From assembly GCF_009914755.1 (NCBI RefSeq), contig NC_060931.1: DNA of 64,000 nucleotides; one strand, given 5' to 3'. Each line of letters starts with the position of its first letter. Position 1 is the first letter of the stretch. Below are positions 1 to 15,628 of the stretch, piece after piece. The position numbers and the translations under genes were made by a program. The stretch comes from the human T2T-CHM13v2.0 reference genome, Homo sapiens. The notes under the pieces are model-generated. The model ran no database searches. It was not told the DNA's origin and was given only the letters and a program-made list of their open reading frames with translations.

Positions 1-25
1 TATTTAGTTTAAAAATATAATTCAA

Positions 26-497
<472 letters not shown>

Positions 498-1448
498 CTA
501 CAAGGAAACTTGCCAGCTCCCTTAATAGAATAATTTTCCAATTCTCCAGGCTTGGTCATGGACAGAGAGTCTCCAGATAGGGAGGGGCAGCTGGACCTCA
601 CAGCTCTTGTCTTACCTTTTAAGAAACTTCATGGGCACCAACAAATTGCACCCTGTATATTCTTATTCTGGCACAGCCATAATTTAAGCAGATTGGATAG
701 TCTTATGACTATAATTTAACTAAAGCCTTCAGGAAAATGGAGAGAATTTCTATATAAGAAGCATCATATACAATTGGCTTCTGGGAATGGCTTTTCTTAA
801 TAACAGAACCCTAGCTGTCCTCTGGGTCCACTGTGGGTGTGACCCCTGCCCAGTGAGAGGGTTATATCTCCTTGTTAACTACCTGGTCTGCCTCCTTGTG
901 CAGTGTCTATTTTCCCCATCACCCCAGAGCCCTCCAAACACTTCTGAAGACTCAGAGTAGAGTGAAGAACATGATTCTTTTTTTTTTTTTTCTCATTGTA
1001 GACTCTCTTCCAAGTTATAATTCGATTCCCAGGATTTATCTTTTTCATGGATAACTGGCACTGGGAGTGACTACTTCATTACAGTGAGACCTCAATTTCT
1101 ACTCATGTGGTTGGCATTACAATACACTGTGGCCTCATTAGGACAACTGTGTCATAATGCAATAGTCCAACATTAGTATGAGATACACACATGTGGGCAA
1201 AACAGGGATATCTTCTCCTTCAAACCATATTATTACCATATTATAATTTAATTACATTATATATCACATATAATATAATATCTCTCATTCTGTGGTATAC
1301 AAATTTCATACTAAAATGTTATATTCAATTCTGCATATCAAAACTCAAGAGAAACTTTGACAAACTGCTGTGGTTCCCAAAGTACATCTTAAATGTGGTT
1401 CCCAATCTGGTTCCCAAAGAGCCAGATTGAAAAAATTAGAAAAGAGAG

Positions 1449-1901
<453 letters not shown>

Positions 1902-3083
1902 TTATATTTTTTCTAGATGGAGGTACTAAGACCACTTGGTATAAATTACAGGGAAGCAGACTTTGACTCAATATGATTAAAACCAAAAGCCATCAAATAC
2001 CTAGAACTACCCCTATAAAATAGACTCTATTATGATTTCAGTCCATTGTTTAAACTCTCTAAAAATTACCCTGGAATGAGTGCTGGTAGGTGAGTGGTTA
2101 ATAGTACTGTATCTGCTTGGTTCAAACCTTCGCTCCACCACTGCGGAGTTGTGACCTTGGTTATGGTTTACAAACTGTGTTTCTCAGTTTCTTTAACTGT
2201 AAAACTAGATAACAATAAGGTTTTTAGGGACAAAATAACTTATAATTTAAAAATTCTTAGAACAATGAATGGTAAATACTAAACACTTAATAATTACTGA
2301 GTGTTGTTAGTTCTTTCCAAACACTAATGTTTTGCGATTCTAATCTTAGCTATTTTGCTAAGAATGCATCTGGCATTCTTCGTAGATAAGAAAGAGTCTA
2401 TTAATACAAAACTCAGATAAGGGAAAGATTGAATTGTTGGGCTTCTCTGGTTGTGTGCTATGGCTTAAAATTTTATTTAGTAGAAATATGGAGTAGATAT
2501 TAAAACACATAAGTTTATGCTGTTATAAAAACAATTTACCATTTGGTGCTTGTATATGACTAATTTAAATTTGATTTAACATTAGTTTAAAAATTAAGTA
2601 TAAAAATAGTAGATACTGAAACAAATGTAAGCAGGGTGGAAGTACATAAGTAAATTAAAAAATTCTTTTGGACTACATTTTAAGCATATAAATAAACATA
2701 TATAATTTTATTTAGTTCACCAAAAATAGAGTAATATTTACAAATTGCTTTGCAGTTTCCTTTGGTACACTGTTACATTTTAAAGGAAAAATTCCTTTGA
2801 GGACGCAGATTTTTAAAAATTCTGTAAAGATTCTTGATATGCTTATATCATGTAAAGTTGTAGGGACTGTTTGCTTCAATGGAGCCTTGCTCCTTGGGGT
2901 CCATGGCTTCAGTCCAATCATGCCTACATATCACAGATCAATTCAACTTAAAAAAAAATAAGTTACCCGCAGTCTTTCTAGAACAATTGTTTATAACACT
3001 TCTCCAGGAATGTATTTATTTATTTATTTCATTATGAATAATTTATTTATTAACAATTCTTTATTGACCGTTTAGGTTGTTCC

Positions 3084-3375
3084 TTTTTTTTTTTTTGAGA
3101 CAGGGTCTCACTGTGTCACCCAGGCTGGAATGCAATGGCATGGTCTCAGCTCACTGCAGCCTCCATCTTTTGGTTCAAGCAATTCTCATGCCTCAGCCTC
3201 CTGAGTAGCTGGGATTACAGGCACGTGCCACCACGTCCTCTAAGTTTTGTATTTTTGGAGAGACAGGTTTTTGCCATGTTGCCCAGGCTTTTCTCAAACT
3301 CATGGCCTCAAGGGATCTGCTCACCTTGGCCTCCCAAAGTGCTGGGATTACAAGTGTGAGCCACCACAACTGGCC
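3084..3375 (-). mobile_element. AluJ SINE
   Basis: Poly(T) then GAGACAGGGTCTCACTGTGTCACCCAGGCTGG, diverged, ending at ...CTGGCC. Confidence 0.88.
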
Positions 3376-3859
3376 TTGTTTCATTTTTTATAGTTAAAAA
3401 CAACACTTCATAGAGTGTTTAAAAAGTCAGAAACATAGGACTAATTTATTTTCAAACAATGTATTAGTAACATTTTGATACGATATGCTCAATATATTTT
3501 CCTTCAACTTCCACATACCATCTCAGGTAAGTGTCTCTAAAGCAATAAATCCAATAGTTAATCTAAAGTATGATATTAAAAATACACCATATTCTCTGTG
3601 TTTCCAGACTTTTTTTGGACAAGATTTGGGGTATTTTTACAATTACTTATTATTTCCTTGAATAGGCAGATATTTAAGCATTTAGAAATTGGGAAAAAAA
3701 TTCAGTGGAAAATAAATGCGTGGCTTCCAGATCTTATGCCCTACATAGAAAGTAATACTTGGAAAGTGATACATTAGCTCAGAGCCATGATCAACCTTTT
3801 CCTGTGTAGTTTCTGGCTTTGGTGTTATGTTTATTTATTTATTTTTTAGAATTAGCCAT

Positions 3860-5346
3860 TTTTTATATATTTTTTATTTTTCCATAAGTTATTGGGGTAC
3901 AGGTGATATTTGGTTACATGAGTAAGTTCTTTAGTGATTATTTGTGAGATTTTGGTGCATCCATCACCTGAGCAGTATAGAATGCACAATATTTGTAGTC
4001 TTATCCCTCACCCCCACTGCCATTCTTCCCTCCAAGTCTGCAAAGTCCATTGTATCATTCTTATGCCTTTGCGTCCTCATAGCTTAGCTCCCACATATCA
4101 GTGAGAACATATGATGTTTGGTTTTCCATTCCTGAGTTACTTCACTTAGAATAATAGTCTCTAATCTCATCCAGGTCATCACAAATGCTGTTAATTCATT
4201 CCTTTTTATGGCTGAGTAGTATTCCATCATGTATATATACCACAGTTTCTTTATCCACTCATTTGTTAATGGGCTTTTGGGTTGGTTCCACAATTTTGCA
4301 ATTGTGAATTGTGCTGCTATAAACATGTGTGTGGAAGTATCTTTTTTGAATAATGACTTCTTTTCCTCTGGATAGATACCCAGTAGTGGGATTGCTGGAT
4401 CAAATGGTAGTTCTACTTTTAGTTCTTTAAGGAATCTCCACACTGTTTTCCATAGTGGCTGTACTAGTTTACATTCCCACCAGCAGTGTAGAAGTGTTTC
4501 CTGATGACTGCATCCATGCCAACATATACTATTTTTTGATTTTTTGATTATGGCCATTCTTGCAGGAGTCAGGTGGTATCACATTGTGGTTTTGATTTGC
4601 ATTTCCCTGATCATTAGTGATGTTGATTATTTTTTCATATGTTTGTCGGCCACTTGTATATCTTCTTTTGAGAATTGTCTGTTCATGCCCTTAGCCCACT
4701 TTTCAATGGGATTGTTTGTTTTTTTCTTCCCGATTTGTTTGAGTTAAACCATCCCTGCATCCCTGGTATGAAACCCACTTGATGATGGTGGATTATCTTT
4801 TTGATATGTTGTTGGATTCGGTCAGCTAGTATTTTGTTAAGGATTTTAGCATCTATGTTCATCAAGGATCTCAGTCTGTAGTTTTCTTTTTTGGTTGTCT
4901 CCTTTCCTGGTTTTGGTATTAGGGTGATGCTGGCTTCATAGAATGAATTAGGGAGGATTCCTTCTTTCTCTGTCTTGTGGAATAGCGTCAAAAGGATTGG
5001 TACCAATTCTTCTTTGAATGTCTGGTAGAATTCTGCTGTGAATCCGTCTGGTCCTGGACTTTTTTTTTGTTGGTAATTTTTAAATTACCGTTTCAATCTT
5101 GCTGCTTGTTTTTGGTCTGTTCAGGGTATCTAATTCTTCCTGATTTAAGCTAGGAGGGTTGTATTTTTCCAGGAATTTATCCATCTCATCTAGATTTTCT
5201 AGTTTATGTCACTGAAGGTGTTCATAGTAGCCTTAAATGATCTTTTGCATTTCAGTGGTGTCAGTTGTAACATCTCCTGTTTCGTTTCTTAGTGAGGTTA
5301 TTTGGATTTTCTCTCTTCTTTTCTTGGTTAATCTTGCTAATGGTCT
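3860..5346 (-). mobile_element. L1PB1-like LINE-1, 5'-truncated with an internal deletion
   Basis: ORF 4084..4557 is the ORF2p C-terminus ([28 protein letters not shown]); ORF 4683..5006 is the ORF2p RT region ([30 protein letters not shown]); L1PB-type 3'UTR. Confidence 0.9.
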
Positions 5347-5784
5347 CCGCATGCAGCTCTGTCTGGAGCTTCAATCCAGTTCTGCCTCCCATCTGCCATG
5401 ATCCCGAAATTGAAGTAGCATAAACACTTTTTATTTTAAGAATTGTGTATATATTTTAAATTATTAAATTTATATTATAACTAGGTCTCATGAAATGTAG
5501 GATATTGACCAAGAAAGAAAGGAATCCTGACATCTGGAAAGTGATATCTGGAAATGTTTGGAAGATTTGGAGAAAGCTAAACCTTAAAACTTAGAATCAC
5601 TCACTTTTACTCCATGTCTTGAGGAAGTAATCCCTGCCTCTGACTTTCCTGAAAACAGTTGAACATTTCTCTTTAAGAAAGTGCTGCTTTTAATCAGTTA
5701 TCAGAATGCAAATTTATAAGTTCTGAGGGATAACATGCAGATTTATATTATGAAAACAAAATGTTACAACCAGAATTGGCTAAT

Positions 5785-5786
<2 letters not shown>

Positions 5787-5820
<34 letters not shown>
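5787..5820. repeat. (AT)17 microsatellite
   Basis: Pure AT dinucleotide run. Confidence 0.95.
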
Positions 5821-5823
<3 letters not shown>

Positions 5824-6089
5824 AAAATTTCAGTATTGCATTTACTTATTCACTGTAATAAATATTTATTAGTGGCTATGATGGCAAGGTATTGTGTTAG
5901 TTTCTGATCCTTAGACTTCAAGGAGAAAATGATATAGCAAGGCAGTCAGAAAATAATTCAATAATTTTCCAGCCAATATAAAACGGCATTTGTGACAAGT
6001 GCTTCCAAGGACTGGCCTGCTGATCCATGAGCAGCTATAATAGGAGGTTTGACTTATTGGGGGAAGGTTTCCCTGATGGGTTACAGTTA

Positions 6090-6421
6090 AAGTCGTCTCT
6101 TGATATTCATAAATGATCAGTTCCAAGACTCCCAAGGACACCAAAATCTGTGGATGCTCAAGTCCCGTATATAAAATGGCATAATATTTGTATGTAAGCA
6201 ACGCACACCCCCTCGTATACTTTAAAACATCTCTAGATTACTTAAAATACCAATACAATGCCTACACATCACTTCATTCCTGTGTATTCGATGTAGTACT
6301 TGGTGTGCAGCACATTCAAGTTTTGCTTATGGAACTTTGTGGGATTTTGTTTTCCAAATATTTTTGATCTGTGGTTACTTGAATCTGTGGATCCAGAATT
6401 CAGAGATAAAGGGTCAAGTGT
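6090..6421 (+). mobile_element. MER2/MER2B TcMar-Tigger DNA transposon fossil
   Basis: CCAAAATCTGTGGATGCTCAAGTCCCGTATATAAAATGGC and TCTCTAGATTACTTA match the recalled MER2 consensus. Confidence 0.8.
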
Positions 6422-6438
6422 AATCAGGTTAAAAGGCA

Positions 6439-7882
<1,444 letters not shown>

Positions 7883-8873
7883 GCAGTAGAGATAACACAG
7901 ATAGGAGGGATTTAAAGAACGTCACCGTAGCTAAGATACAGAGAACAGCATAGGGGTTAAGCAAGGTCCAATATGGGACTAGCTTTGTTAAGCAGCTTTG
8001 CTTGAAGTGATAAATCTTATTTCTTCTTCAAAAATTCTTTTGAGGAATTTTGTTTAATACCTAACAGAAAAATCAATAATTAAAAAATTATGGTAGATAT
8101 CTTCAAGTCAACTTTATATTAAAAAGTGTTCCTTCTTTGAAAGGAAACACCCTTTTCAACACCCTTGGCTTTTTAAAATTTCATTTTTATACTTATCAGA
8201 GTTTTAAGAGTCAGATAGATAGTTCTAGAAGACTGAAAATACGGTAACTTGCTAGACTTCTCAACTGCTGCCTCCTAATTCCCACTTTCAGAGTCAATCA
8301 TTTTAAATTATTTCAGAAGTTTCTTCAGGTATTTACCTCTGTTTTTCTATTATAATATGCTTATAGTGCTATTTCTTATTTTTTCATTTTAGAAACCATT
8401 CATTTTCTAGTATTTTGTATACCATAAAAGATGAGGATTTAGCTCTCTCATATGCTGTGTATCATCTCTATACTTTCCTACTCCCATCCTCCCAATATGG
8501 TTCTATCATATTATAATATAAGCACTTAATATTCTTCTGTAATATTGTTCTATAATAATTATATTATATAAGTATATTAATATTATATTATAAAATTATT
8601 CTATAATTATATTGTAAGCATTAATATCTTCAAATTTTAATTAGCATTTTAATTGTGTGGTTTCTTTTTATGCAGTTTTTAAACCTATCTTTTTATTAAA
8701 AGTAAACTAGCTTATGTTTTATATTAATAATTATATTTTTTATTTTAAAATGCATTTAAAAATAGAGTGAACTTAAATTTTGTAATAAATAAGATTACAT
8801 ATGTTCGTAGATTTGGCAAAAACCATGAAAGTGTTATGGATATAATGCAAGTCTAAGAAACAGTATGTCCGGC

Positions 8874-9080
8874 CAGTGTTTGGCAAATTATGGACCTTGG
8901 GCCAAATCCAACTGGCTCCTGCTTTTGAAGTAACATATTATTGTAACATCCATTCAAACTATTTTCTGTGACTACTTTCTCCTACAATGGCAGAGTGAAG
9001 TAGTTGAGACAGAGTCTGTATGGCTCCCAGAGCCTAAAATATTTACCATTTGGCCCTTTACAGAAAGTTTGCTGATCTCT
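8874..9080 (+). mobile_element. MER58A hAT-Charlie fossil
   Basis: GGCAAATTATGG...GGGCCAAATCC start and CCTAAAATATTTACCATTTGGCCCTTTACAGAAAGTTTGCTGA end. Confidence 0.75.
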
Positions 9081-9739
9081 CTCCCAGGCTATACTATGAA
9101 AGCATTTAAAAAAAACCTTAATCATCAGTATAATCATGACTCTATAAGGCAAAGATATATTTAACAAATTTGTCCTACATTGTCCCTTTTCTACATTCAA
9201 GATGGTTTAGTGCCTTTCTACAGATCTGGAGCATTCCAGGACACCTAAGGCTGGAGGCCATGTGACAACACTGGGCTATTATGAGAGTTTCTTTGTTTAC
9301 TGTTTGACAGGACAGATTCTGTCTTCTCAAATTCTGTTTGATCAGAAATGCTGTAGCATAATAAAGGGAGCAGATGAATGACTGAAGCCCTACAGCTCCA
9401 CTAAAGATTAGAGTAAAATCTGCACTTCAAAAGATCCTGGTAAAGCAGGGAAGGTCCTTAGCTTTCCATTTTAAGTGGGAATGAGACAAGGGGATGGGGA
9501 TGAAAGAACTGGGAGCCATCATTGCCAGATGCATGTTTGCAGAGCAGTGTGGGGATCACCTCATCTGTCCTTCAAGGTTCTGCAATGCTCTGCCTTCATT
9601 TTCCTTCTCAAGTTAACAGATATATTCTGACTCTGTCTTTCATGCTCAGTATTCTTGCAAGAGAACAGAGCTCCTGATCACCTGTGTGCGTCCTTTGAGT
9701 GGATGGCAGCTGCATCTCTGCATTACAGCTAGTTAGAAT

Positions 9740-9950
9740 GATGAGTCCTTGCTATGCCTCAAGCACTGTTTCGAGTGTTTGATGTCTATTATCTCACTTC
9801 ATCCTCACCAGGACCCCATCCGAGGTAAGTTCTATTATTGCTATTTTACAAAAGAGGACACTAACACACAGAGAGATTTAGTAACTTGCCCCAAATCACA
9901 TAGTTGTTACTTGGCAGAGTAAAGATTTGAATCCAGGATTTCACTCCATA
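9740..9950 (-). mobile_element. MIR SINE
   Basis: MIR core: ATTTTACAAAAGAGGACACT...AGTAACTTGCCCCAAATCACATAG...GATTTGAATCCAGG. Confidence 0.75.
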
Positions 9951-10861
9951 ACCTGTTTTAAAATTATTATATGAATTTACCTCTTTTCCAATCTGGATGC
10001 CCTGATGAAAGGAGAGTGTAAAGCCACACTCCGGTGCTTAGGGGATGGAATCTCCCTTGAAAGGGATAAACATGGTTAATGTTAATCCCTAAAGAGAACA
10101 GGGTTTACGCAGGAAACTGGGACTAGAAAGACTGGCCTTGGTCAGGCTGGAGAAGGAATTTCTGGCCCCCACACTTGGCCTTTTCCTCTCTAGGCTAGCC
10201 TTTTAGGGAAGCAAAGATTTAGACTTTAGTTCTTGAATGTGGGCTACCAGTCAGCCCCTTTACATGGAAATAAAGCCTTGAGCTCAAAGAGCATGTGGTA
10301 TCCTGTATTTCAAATTAAATAGTTTCAAGTTACTTCGTGGATTAATTTCCCTTTTGTTACTCCCTGGCAAAGTCTTATTTAAATATCCTGGCCTCATTTC
10401 ACTTGTGTTAAGGGGTATCAAAGGGAAGAGACGATGGTGCATACTGAACCAGAATATCTAAAGGGAGAACTATATGCCCTGACTCTGAAACTAACATGTG
10501 GATGGCAACAGTGAGCAGAGAACTCTAAGGGGAAATGGGACTTTCCAGACATAAGTTGAAGTTACAAGCCAGAAACTCCTCCCACAGAAAAGCCCAATCG
10601 CTAGCATTAGATGATGAAATTGTGAGATGCAAAATGCAATAATGATGATAATGATGATGTTGTTCCCATTTGGGGACATGTTCACTATCTCCTAGAGAAA
10701 CAAATATGAATCTATCCATCAAATAGTCACACACAATATATGTTAACCACAATACAATGCGGTGTTTCATAATATCAGTATAAACAAAGAGGGTAGGGGA
10801 GGGGTGCTGTGAGTTATGCCATAGTGGGGAGGGGCAGGCAAGCTGGATGAAGTGGGATAAA

Positions 10862-11448
10862 AGTTGCCGAAGTGGCTACCTTGTCCGGGGTATGTACCCT
10901 GGGATTCATTGTCGTGTGCTAGGAAACTTCAGGACACGGACACACATGAGGAGTTTAGGGGCAGAGGTTTAATAGGTAGAAGAAAAGAGAAAGAGAAATA
11001 GTTCTCTCTATAGAGGAAGGGGTCTCCGAGTGGAAAGGTCCGGCCGGTGGCAAATGCACCGAATTTTATAGCCCACTTTGAAGAGGCGGTGTCTGATTTA
11101 TGTAGGGCTCACAGATTGGTTCTATCAGGTATGACATTTACACAGTGCTCAGGGAAGGCTGGTTGCCCCACCCTAATCTTATTATGCAAATGGGCTTTCC
11201 AGTTGATCGGTGCCATCTTGTCTGCTTTGTATGGTACAAGTGGCTGGCAGGGAAGAAACGGGGAGCCGCCATCTTGGAAAGTCTAGTCCATAGTTCCTCT
11301 CGGCATTTGTCCCTGAAAGCTCCCAGCTTGTAGGCTGCTCTTTGTTAGAAAATGATTTGGGGCTGCTTTTCATTAAAAAGAAAAGCCTTACCGAGGACCC
11401 CCATACACTTGCTTCTGCCTAAGTGATTTCTTCTTAACTCCTATATCA
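10862..11448 (-). mobile_element. ERV1 solo LTR of the LTR9/MER61 group
   Basis: Minus strand begins TGATATAGGAGTTAAGAAGAAATCACTTAGGCAGA...GGTCCTCGGTAAGG; about 590 bp; exact subfamily uncertain. Confidence 0.7.
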
Positions 11449-11612
11449 TTACTTTGCACAGAGACAACAGAAGACATACAGCCCAGACTGATCTTGTAGG
11501 ACTTGGTAAGAAATTTTTAAGTGAACAAAAAAAAAAAAAAAAAAAAAAGAAGGCGTTATTGCCAAAGTTTTAGTAAAGGAGTAATATGTGTGCTTTAAAA
11601 AGAAAAAAAGGG

Positions 11613-11934
<322 letters not shown>

Positions 11935-12294
11935 AAAAAAAAACCTGGAAGATCTTCTAGGACACATTGGAAAGAAAGTTGCAGTCAAGTACAAACTGTT
12001 GCAAATCTGCAAAAAGGAGGAACAGGAGAGCACAGTGCTGAGTGCCGCTGCTGGCCCTGTTGCAGGGTCAGGGAAGATGAGACTGATTGACCACTGATTT
12101 GGCAACTGGAGGTCACTTGTGGCAGTGAAAAGAAAAATTTCCTTGAGTGGTAGAGACAAAACTTTTCTTCAAGAGAAAAAGAACAATGAGGAAGTAAAGA
12201 CTGCATATGTGGGAATCTTTTTCAGAGAGTTTTGCTATGAAGGCTAGCAGAGAAACAAAAGCTGTAGGAGATTTGTGAAGGCAGGGAAGTTTTG

Positions 12295-12298
<4 letters not shown>

Positions 12299-12334
<36 letters not shown>
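12299..12334. repeat. (GT)18 microsatellite
   Basis: Pure GT run. Confidence 0.95.
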
Positions 12335-12337
<3 letters not shown>

Positions 12338-13095
12338 AGAAGGGAGGGAGCTATTAAAGTACATTTGTTGGCTGATAAGAATGATCCAATGGAGAAGGAA
12401 ATTTGATGATGCAGGCAGTAGTGAGATTAATGTAGGTACAAAATCCTTTAGTATGTAAGAAGTGATTGGATGCAGTGTGCAAGGAGAGGTTGGGCTTATA
12501 TTGGAACCCTGATGTTTACTCTTTAAATAGGAGAAAAGCCAGAATACATGAATTTGTATTCATGATGCAGTGAGGTTGAAAGTTTGGTGGTAGGTAGATG
12601 AGACGTCTTCTACTGTCATTCTTCTATTTACTATAAGCATCTAATTGCTTCTATTTTCTCAGTTCATAAGAAGTAGGTCTTCATTTGATGTGAGAAGGGG
12701 CTAGCAGTATCAGAAATCTGAGGGAAAAAGAGAAACTGTGAAATAGTAAGAGAACTACTTGACTAGGGAAAATTATTTGTATTGCCTGTCAGCGTTGAGG
12801 CCCAGTCTGGTTTTAAACTTAATATAAGGCCTCTGAGCTCCATTCTATCTCTCATTAGCTGCTCGAATGAAGGCATGAAATAAGCAGACAGTGGATTTCT
12901 CCACGTTTGAAATTTTGGAAATGATGTATAACAAGAGGGAGAGACAAGTAAGAGTGGTGAGGGAATGCATACAAGGCACTAATTATGATGATGGATCGTG
13001 TCATCCAAGCTGAGTAGAATGGAGTGAGGACAAGAATTAGGTTGGAGGAGTGAGGTGCAAAAATAAGAGGTGATACCTCTCATGCTCACATGTAT

Positions 13096-13465
13096 CAGGA
13101 CCAGTCACCTAATTTGTGGGGCTTAGTGCAAAAGAAAAATTTAGGGCCACTCATTCAAACATTATTAGGAATTTCAAGAGCTGGGCATGTTGGAGTATGC
13201 CTGTGATCTCAGTTACTTAGGAGGCTGAGGCAGAAGGATTACTTGAGGCCAGGAGTTTGAGTCTGTAGTGTGTTGTGATTATGCTTATGAATAGCCATTG
13301 CATTCTAGGTGGAGCAACATAGTGAGACCCCATCTCTAAAAAGAAAAAGAAATGAAATAAAATAATTTCAAGACAGTAACAACTGAGCATTAAATGAAGC
13401 ATAGAGACTGTGTAAACATGGGACTGTGATTGCTGCAGAGGCCATAGACCCATGTAGCTGGCCCC
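13096..13465. mobile_element. MER91-like hAT DNA transposon fossil split by a FAM
   Basis: TAATTTGTGGGGCTTAGTGCAAAAG...AATTTCAAGA left part and ...CCCATGTAGCTGGCCC right part. Confidence 0.5.
13180..13363 (+). mobile_element. FAM (fossil Alu monomer)
   Basis: Monomer with the FAM-specific segment TGTAGTGTG...TGAATAGCCATTGCA; A-rich tail; 10-bp TSD AATTTCAAGA. Confidence 0.8.
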
Positions 13466-14302
13466 ACATATGAGCATATCCATATATAAAAGTCTGTTTT
13501 TGAAGACCCATTTTTATTTTTTAGGCCCCAATAATAAATGATCAATTATTAGTAGTTAAAGAAAAAAAGAAGAAAAGAGGTGGTAACTAGAGAGAGGGGA
13601 TGATGAAAATTAGTTTGGGAGAGACTAGCTGGTCTAAGATGTAATCATGTTAGCAAGAGGACAGGATTACTGACATTAAAAGGCCAAAAGACAGAGAGGT
13701 GAGGATCTTGGTTGTATTAGTTACGGGGCTGTTATAACCACTAGGATTTGCGACTTGAGTAGCATTGACGGTGGTGATGGGGAGCCTGGCAAGACAGCAG
13801 ATGTCTACAGCAAGAGGAGGGAATGGGAAGCTGCTCTGATGGCGTAATCATCAAGGTTGCTGATAAAATGGGTAAGAAAAAGAAACAAAGGTTTGGAAAT
13901 ATGAACAAAGGGCTGGGAGGTTATTACCACACTTTCAGCCAAGAGGCACATGAAATGCCGCAGAAAAACTGCCACATCCTGAGATGGCTGCAGGGGAGGC
14001 TGTGTTTTTAGAGGAAAGTCAAGTTCAGTGGAGCAAGAAGGGGCATAGAATATTCAAAGAAGAGTTTGAGAATCTGTGAAGTTTTACTGATGACAAATTA
14101 TGGCTTCCAAAGGGTACAGTGAAAGGGCTTGGGAGGTTAGGGATGGGTAGAAGGTGAAGTCAGACTAGCTTTATGAGGATAAGAATCCAGGAGATAAGGG
14201 AAGACCTAGAAACTTGGATTTCTTGTGAGTCACCAAGGAATATAGGAATCTAGGGGACAGTAAGATTTATCCTGATGGTTTCTTAGGTGTAGGTGATAAT
14301 CA

Positions 14303-15247
14303 GGTATAAATTTTTAACTAAGTCTCCAAAAGCAACTGCAACAGAACCACAAATGAACAAATGGGACCTAATTACACTAAAGAGCTTCTGCACAGCAAAA
14401 CAAACTATTAACAGAGGAAACAGACAACCTATAGAATGGTAGAAAATATTTGTAAACCATGCACCTTAAAAAGGTCTGATATGCAGAATCTATAAGGAAA
14501 TTAAATCAACAAGCAAAAAACAAACACATTAAAAAATGGGCAAAGGACATGTACAGGCAGTTCTCAAAAGAACACATGCGACTGGCCAACAAACATACGA
14601 AAAAATTCGCATCAACACTAATCATCAAAGAATTGCAAATCCAAACCACAATGAGACATCATCACACACCAGGCAGAATGACTATTATTAAAAAGTAAAA
14701 AATAAAACCAGATGTTGGTGAAGCTGTGGAGAAAAGGGAATGCTTATACTCTCTTGGTGAGAATATAAACTAGCTACTGTGGAAAACAGTTTGGAGATTT
14801 CTCAAAGAACTAAAAACAGAGCTACTATTCAACCCAGCAATTCCATTATTGGATATATATCCAAAGGAAAATAAATAATTCTACCAAATAAACATGCACT
14901 CATGTGCTTATTACCATGCTATTCACAATAGTGAAAACATAAAATCAACCTGGGTTCCCATACTTGGTGTATTGGATAAAGAAAATGTGGTACATATACA
15001 CCATGAAATATGATGCAGCCATAAAAAGAATGCTATCGTGTCCTTTGCAGTAACATGGATGCAGCTGGGGCCATAATCCTAAGTGAATTAATGCAGGAAT
15101 GGAAAGCCAAATACTGTATGCTCTCACTTGTAAGTGGGAGCTAAATATTGAGCACACATGGACATAAATGTGGGAACGATGAGCATTGTGGACTACTAGA
15201 GAAGGGAGGGAGAGGGGCGTGGGTTGAAAAACTACCTGATTGGTACA
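14303..15247 (+). mobile_element. L1PA15/16-like LINE-1 3' segment (end of ORF2 and part of the 3'UTR)
   Basis: AAATGGGACCTAATTACACTAAAGAGCTTCTGCACAGCAAAA, GAAAATGTGGTACATATACACCATG, GGGTTGAAAAACTACCT. Confidence 0.85.
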
Positions 15248-15628
15248 ATATTAGTCAGTTTTTGCACTGCTATAAAGAAATACCTGAGAATGCATAATAT
15301 ATAAAGAAAAGAGGTTTAATTGGCTCATGGTTACCCAGACTGTACTGGAAACATGACTGGGGAGGCCTCAGATAATTTACAATCATGACAGAAGGTGATG
15401 GGGAAGCAGGCACATTTTACATGGCCAGGGCAGAAAGAAGAGAGGGAGAGAGGAGGTGCTACACACTTTTAACAACCAAATCTTGTGATCACTTACTGTC
15501 ATGAGAATAGCACCAAAGAGGAAATCCATCCCCATGATTCAGTCACCTCCCACCAGGACCCACCTCCAATACTGGGGATTACAATTCGACATGAGATTTA
15601 GGTGGGGATAGAAATCCAAACCATGTCA
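15248..15628 (-). mobile_element. MSTA MaLR LTR
   Basis: TATTAGTCAG...GCTATAAAGAAATACCTGAG...GAAATCCAAACCATGTCA. Confidence 0.82.

Noticed and set aside
5500-5790. Faint resemblance to ERV-L gag region
   Set aside because: Too diverged to support by eye; needs nhmmer against Dfam
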